Shown here in pieces: positions 26,414 to 32,000 of a stretch of DNA of 32,000 nucleotides. Location of the stretch: NCBI RefSeq assembly GCF_048300925.1, contig NZ_CP133759.1; one strand, given 5' to 3'. Made by a program: the position numbers and the translations under genes. Origin of the DNA: Thermithiobacillus tepidarius DSM 3134 (GTDB lineage Bacteria; Pseudomonadota; Gammaproteobacteria; Acidithiobacillales; Thermithiobacillaceae). The notes beneath the pieces were generated by a model. It searched no databases and was not told the DNA's origin. It worked only from the letters and a program-made list of their open reading frames with translations. Positions within the stretch are counted from its first letter, which is position 1. Every line of letters begins with the position of its first letter.

Positions 26414-26946
26414 GTTCTGTCTCCCAGATAGAGCGTTTGCTTGGCATCCATGGGCAGGTAGGTCACGGTCAGCGCCTGCGGCCTGATCTCGTCCACCCGA
26501 TAGAGGGAGTCGATGACGTCGCCGGTCTTGACCGCCAGATTGCGGTCCTGGAAGGACAGGAACACGGTCGTTTCGCCGTCGTCCAGGAGCTTGCCCAGGT
26601 AGGTGAACGGCAGCGGGGGCGGCGCCGGCGGCGGGGGCGGAGGCGGCGGCAGCTGGGGCGCCGGCGCGACCTTGGGCGGCGGCGCCCAGGACTTGCTCGC
26701 GAACACGTCATCCACGTCGCCGAGCTCCACCGCGCGCTGCAGCTTGTCGAGCTGCAACGCATCCACAGGCGCTTCCGGCGTGCGGGCCAGCCGCACCTCC
26801 CGCGGTGCCTGACCGCTCGCCGGGCGGGATGCGCGCGCATTCGCATCGCCGGCGTCTTCCTGTTGATTGGCCCAGACGGTCGCGACCAGGGTGGCGGCCA
26901 GGGCCAGCCCCAGGGCGATCCGGCGCTGATTGTGGGACAAGGCCAT
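26410..26946 (-). CDS. PilP/GspC-like periplasmic linker protein with poly-proline tract (tentative)
   Basis: 178 aa from the ATG at 26946 (ATGA overlap). It has an N-terminal anchor (RRIALGLALAATLVATVW) and the linker [28 protein letters not shown]. The small C-terminal beta-domain reads FTYLGKLLDDGETTVFLSFQDRNLAVKTGDVI.SLYRVDEI. Its position immediately before the secretin matches PilP/GspC. Confidence 0.5.
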   Translation of the reverse strand: MALSHNQRRIALGLALAATLVATVWANQQEDAGDANARASRPASGQAPREVRLARTPEAPVDALQLDKLQRAVELGDVDDVFASKSWAPPPKVAPAPQLPPPPPPPPAPPPLPFTYLGKLLDDGETTVFLSFQDRNLAVKTGDVIDSLYRVDEIRPQALTVTYLPMDAKQTLYLGDRT

Positions 26947-27497
26947 CACGCACCTCCCAGATACAAGGTCAACTTGATTTGCGCTTTCACGTCGCTGTCT
27001 CCCACCCGCTCTTTCTGGAAGCTCACGGCATCGAGTGAGGCGGTGGGAATGTCCTTCAGCACGCCGGCCACGAAGCGGCGCACCCGGATGTAGGGTCCGG
27101 TGACCGGCAAGGTGATCTCGTACCGGGTCAGCCTGACGCCCTTGTCCGCCACGATCCGGTACTCGCCCTCCTCCAGCTGCAGCTTTTCCTGCGCGGCGGC
27201 CTGGAAGATCCTGTCCAGCGAGAGCGGCGCCTGGGCGCCGTCTGGGAAGTGTGCGTAGAAGGCGGCCAGCTGGGCGGCCGGGTCCGCCTGCTGGAAGACC
27301 GGGGAGCGGCCCGCCTGACGTTGTTTCTGCTGCAGCAGGCGGCCGGCTTCCGCCTGCAGCTGCGCAATTTCCGCCCGCGCCGGCGCGATGGCCGTGAAAT
27401 GCAACGCCGCCGCGCCGGCCAGCAGGCCGATTCCCGCCGCGCCCTGCCAGCCGATGCGCTGCAGCCCGCGCCGCATCATCCAGATCACCCGCTTCAT
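26946..27497 (-). CDS. PilO / GspM / MshJ-like inner-membrane assembly protein
   Basis: 183 aa from the ATG at 27497 (ATGA overlap). It has a short cytoplasmic N-terminus, a TM segment (GAAGIGLLAGAAALHF) and a coiled-coil (AEIAQLQAEAGRLLQQKQ). The C-terminal domain carries YEITLPVTGPYIRVRRFVAGVL. The 269-aa track ORF is a 5' over-extension. Confidence 0.6.
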   Translation of the reverse strand: MKRVIWMMRRGLQRIGWQGAAGIGLLAGAAALHFTAIAPARAEIAQLQAEAGRLLQQKQRQAGRSPVFQQADPAAQLAAFYAHFPDGAQAPLSLDRIFQAAAQEKLQLEEGEYRIVADKGVRLTRYEITLPVTGPYIRVRRFVAGVLKDIPTASLDAVSFQKERVGDSDVKAQIKLTLYLGGA

Positions 27498-28027
27498 GGT
27501 TGCACCGCCCACATTGCGCTCAGGACGAAACGAACCGGCTTCTCCGGGCTTTCCCGCTGCACCTGATGGTTGAGCAGGTACACCCGGGACAAGGCGATCT
27601 GCTGGTCGAGCCGCTGCATGTAGCCGAGCACCGCCGCCAGGTCCTTGGCCTCGCCGCTGATCTTGACCAGCCGCTTTTTGGCGTTCGGCTCGATGCCGAC
27701 CAGCGCCACCTGCTCGTTCGTGGCGTCCTCGACGGCACGGAACAGCGCATCCCACGGCAGGCCGAGCTGCTGCAGCACCTCGTTGGCGCGCCTGATCTCG
27801 GGCTGCAGGTGCTTGGCATCCGCCGTATTCCTGGCGCTCAGTCCGGGTTTGAGCGCGCCCGCATGCTGCAGGCGGGCAAGCTTGGCCTGCCAGAAGCCGA
27901 CCTCCTGCCGGACCTCCCGATAGCTGTCCAGTGCCGACCAGACCCAGGCCGCGCCGGCGAGCAGCAGCACCATGCCGAGCTTCCGACTGCCAACGTTCTG
28001 TTGAAAATCAAGGGCGAGTCGACGCAT
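27494..28027 (-). CDS. PilN-like (GspL C-terminal-like) bitopic assembly protein
   Basis: 177 aa from the ATG at 28027 (TGATG overlap). It has a TM segment (LGMVLLLAGAAWVW), a coiled region and a C-terminal domain VALVGIEPNAKKRLVKISGEAKDLAAVLGYMQRL like PilN/fimbrial-assembly proteins. Confidence 0.55.
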   Translation of the reverse strand: MRRLALDFQQNVGSRKLGMVLLLAGAAWVWSALDSYREVRQEVGFWQAKLARLQHAGALKPGLSARNTADAKHLQPEIRRANEVLQQLGLPWDALFRAVEDATNEQVALVGIEPNAKKRLVKISGEAKDLAAVLGYMQRLDQQIALSRVYLLNHQVQRESPEKPVRFVLSAMWAVQP

Positions 28028-28837
28028 CAGTGATCTCCGCTCATGGCCATCGCATAGGCCCCATCCTGCATCGGCAGGAGGCCCCGCCGAGCGGGCCAGG
28101 CAAGGGTATGCAGCGACCAGGGGCTGTCGGCGGGGAAGCGGGGTGCCGGATGCTCCGGCGCGTGCAGGTAAACGTTGCCCGATGCGGGCAGCTCGGTCAT
28201 CGCGTGCGCCTGCTCCAAGAGGATGGGCAACTGCGCATCCAGGCCGCCCGCAAGCGACCGGCTGCGGATGTGCTGCCACTGGCCGTGGTGCAGCAGGGCC
28301 AGGCACAGCCGGTCGCGCTCGGCGAGCGCGAACCAGGCGGTCTGCCCTTTGAGCTGCCGCCGCCATTGGTTGAAGGCGGCCATCAGGTAAGGCTGCACCG
28401 ACTGCAGGCGCAGCCGGGCGGGCTTGGCGAGCGCCCGCAGGCCGTCCAGCAGGCCCTTGTCCACGGCGCAGGTCATGCTCGGTGCGCCCTTGCCTGCCGT
28501 GCTCCAGCGCATGGTCCACTGGGTCACCCGGTCGCCATAGACTTTGGCAAAGCTGTGGCGCACCAAGGCTTCTTGTTCCTGAGGGCTGTGCAGCGCCCCG
28601 CTCCACGGCACCAGGCCGTAGCGAACGAGACCGCTGGACAGCACGACGCGGGCTTCCGCCCTTTGCCACTCCGCCTGGCTCAAAGCGCAGGCCAGCGCTT
28701 CCAGTGCGGCGCGCCAAGGGGCGTCGCCCGCAGGCGCCGGGCACTCGATGATCTGCTTTGCCGCCACGCGCGGGCGCAGGCCGCCGCGCAGGCGCACGAG
28801 GGTCAGCCGCTCGGAGGCCAGGCTGATGCGAATCTGG

Positions 28838-28857
<20 letters not shown>
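28027..28857 (-). CDS. Soluble GspL-cytoplasmic-domain / PilM-like protein (tentative)
   Basis: About 276 aa if the GTG at 28857 is used, overlapping the gspE end by 20 nt. No TM segment is present. Its position (between the ATPase gene and the PilN-like gene) and its pattern (IRISLASERLTLVRL...VVLSSGLVRYGLVPW...QEQEALVRHSFAKVYG...CAVDKGLLDGLRALA..ARLRLQSVQPYLMAAFN) resemble GspL-cyto/PilM. The start is uncertain. Confidence 0.45.
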
Positions 28858-30534
<1,677 letters not shown>

Positions 30535-30538
<4 letters not shown>

Positions 30539-31722
30539 TGAATGCTCCCGGCCAGTTCAAAGATGGGCAGGTACATCAGCACGACCACGGTGCCGATCAC
30601 GACGCCGATCACGGCCATCAACAAGGGCTCGAAAAGCTTGGTGAACCAGTCGACCCAGCGCGCCATCTCCTCGTCGTAAAAAGCGGCGATGCGCTCCATC
30701 ATCTCGCCCATCTGGCCGGTGCGCTCGCCGACGCGGAGCATGCGCAGCGCCACCGGCGTAGTGAGTTGGTGCGCCTCCATGGCCTGGGACAGCGACTGAC
30801 CTTCACGGATCCGCTGGCCGGCGGACTGCAGATGGGCGCGCAGGGTCGGATGCAGCAGGCCGGCCGCCATGTCCAGGCCAGTGACGATGGGGATCCCGCC
30901 GCGCAGCAGCATGCCCAGGGTGCGGTAGAAGCGTGCCAGCTGATAGATGCGCATGCGCTCGCCCACGGCCGGGATCTGCCAGAGCTGCTGCCCGATCCGG
31001 GCGCGGACGGCGCTGCGGGTCAGGCCATAGCCCAGGCCCGCCAAGCTCAGCCCCAGGCCCAGGAAGACCGTGCCGCCATGGGCTTCCAGCAGCTGCCCCC
31101 ACTCCATCAGCAGCCGGGACATCAGCGGCAGGTCACCGCTCATGTCCTCGTAGATGTGGCTGAACTTGGGCACGACGTAGACCAGCAGAAACAGCGTGAC
31201 CAGGCCGCCGGCGCCGATGAGCAGCAGCGGATAGATGGACGCGCTCACCAGCTTCTTGCGCACCACGTCGAGCTGCGCCTGATAGGCCACGTAGCGGGAC
31301 AGCGCCTCGGGCAGATCGCCGGTCTGCTCGCTGGCGCGGGTGCTGGCCACGTAGAGTGGCGGAAAGGCATCCGGGAACTGCTGCAGGGCGGCGGACAACG
31401 TCTGTCCCTCGTAGAGCGCCTGCAGCAGCTGGTTGAGCAGCTTCCGGGTCTCGGCACGCTGCTCTTTCTCGGCCAGGGTCTCCAGCGCCTCCACCAGCGC
31501 CAAGCCGGCCTCCAGCAGGGCCAGCAGCTCCTGGCTGAAAAGCACCAGCGGGAAGCGCTGGCGGCGAGTGAGGCCGGACCAGGATGCCCGCGGCTTGACG
31601 GCCAGCACCGCCAAGCCCTGCGCGGTCATCTGCCGCGCCGCGCTCTCCGCATCGGCGGCCTCGCAGACGAGGGAAACCACCCCGCCGGGCTCGCGCAGGG
31701 CACGGATCTCGAACTGGGCCAT
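30535..31722 (-). CDS. gspF: Type II secretion / type IV pilus platform protein, GspF/PilC family
   Basis: 395 aa from the ATG at 31722. The stop forms an ATGA overlap with the gspE start. Two T2SSF repeats are present (LFSQELLALLEAGLALVEAL...; FYRTLGMLLRGGIPIVTGL...), with three TM segments and the typical C-terminus VIGTVVVLMYLPIFELAGSI. Confidence 0.9.
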
Positions 31723-31727
31723 GGGAA

Positions 31728-32000
31728 TTACCAGTTGGTGATGTCCGCGGCTTCGCCGCTGCCGCCGGGCTGGCCGTCCTTGCCGTAGGACAGCAGATCG
31801 AAATCGCCGTGGGCACCGGGCTGTTGGTAGACATAGGGCTGTCCCCAGGGATCGTTGGGAATCGCCTTTTTCAGGTAGGGACCGGCCCATTTGGCCTCGT
31901 CGGCCGGGCGGGCATTGAGGGCGGCCAATCCCTGCTCCGTACTCGGGTAGCGGCCCGTGTCCACGCGGTACTGCTCCAAGGCCTTCTCCAGCGCATCGAT
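31728..32000 (-). CDS. gspG: Type II secretion major pseudopilin GspG (C-terminal part; N-terminus lies beyond window end)
   Basis: The frame is open to nt 32000. It reads IDALEKALEQYRVDTGRYPSTEQGLAAL...GPYLKK.IPNDPWGQPYVYQQPGAHGDFDLLSYGKDGQPGGSGEAADITNW, the canonical GspG body including the C-terminal Ca-binding-type DG..GG....D loop. Confidence 0.88.
   Translation of the reverse strand: MDALEKALEQYRVDTGRYPSTEQGLAALNARPADEAKWAGPYLKKAIPNDPWGQPYVYQQPGAHGDFDLLSYGKDGQPGGSGEAADITNW

Noticed and set aside
24293-26431. 712-aa plus-strand ORF antisense to the secretin gene
   Set aside because: This is the same shadow-ORF artefact. The minus-strand frame carries lipobox, TPR and secretin motifs, whereas the plus-strand product is Arg/Gly/Ala-rich with no motif.

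Overview
High-GC proteobacterial chromosomal segment. Synteny suggests a betaproteobacterium, but that is inference. Almost everything is transcribed on the minus strand.

nt 1-21,700 is ordinary, tightly packed housekeeping DNA:
- a KdtA-like partial gene, a DUF374 acyltransferase, exbD-exbB, comEC and a DUF2062 gene
- lolD-lolC/E, lysS, prfB (with its classical programmed +1 frameshift) and recJ
- a small cytochrome c
- the alaC-hom-thrC operon plus a translationally coupled conserved hypothetical
- an Mth938-like gene, the surE-pcm-nlpD-rpoS block and a nitroreductase

At about 21.7 kb the composition changes. Spot counts give about 52% GC in the next gene and 37% in the following spacer, against about 75% in thrC. 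This region holds a signal-peptide-bearing 7-bladed Vgb/streptogramin-lyase-like beta-propeller, a 253-nt AT-rich spacer, and then a gap-free 11-gene minus-strand operon (23,024 to the window end, still open at nt 32,000).

The operon encodes a non-canonical type IV filament (T2SS/T4P-hybrid) machine, in this order:
- a GspG-type pseudopilin, a GspF platform and a single GspE ATPase
- a split-GspL/PilM-like protein, then PilN-like, PilO/GspM-like and poly-proline PilP/GspC-like proteins
- a TPR-lipoprotein-secretin fusion
- three GspG-derived pseudopilins, one lacking Glu+5

No GspH/I/J/K, prepilin peptidase or retraction ATPase is visible in the window. This operon plus the adjacent propeller is the best candidate for an undescribed system.

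No rRNA, tRNA, CRISPR array or transposase/integrase genes were recognised. All functional calls rest on motif-level recognition of the translated ORFs; no database search was possible.
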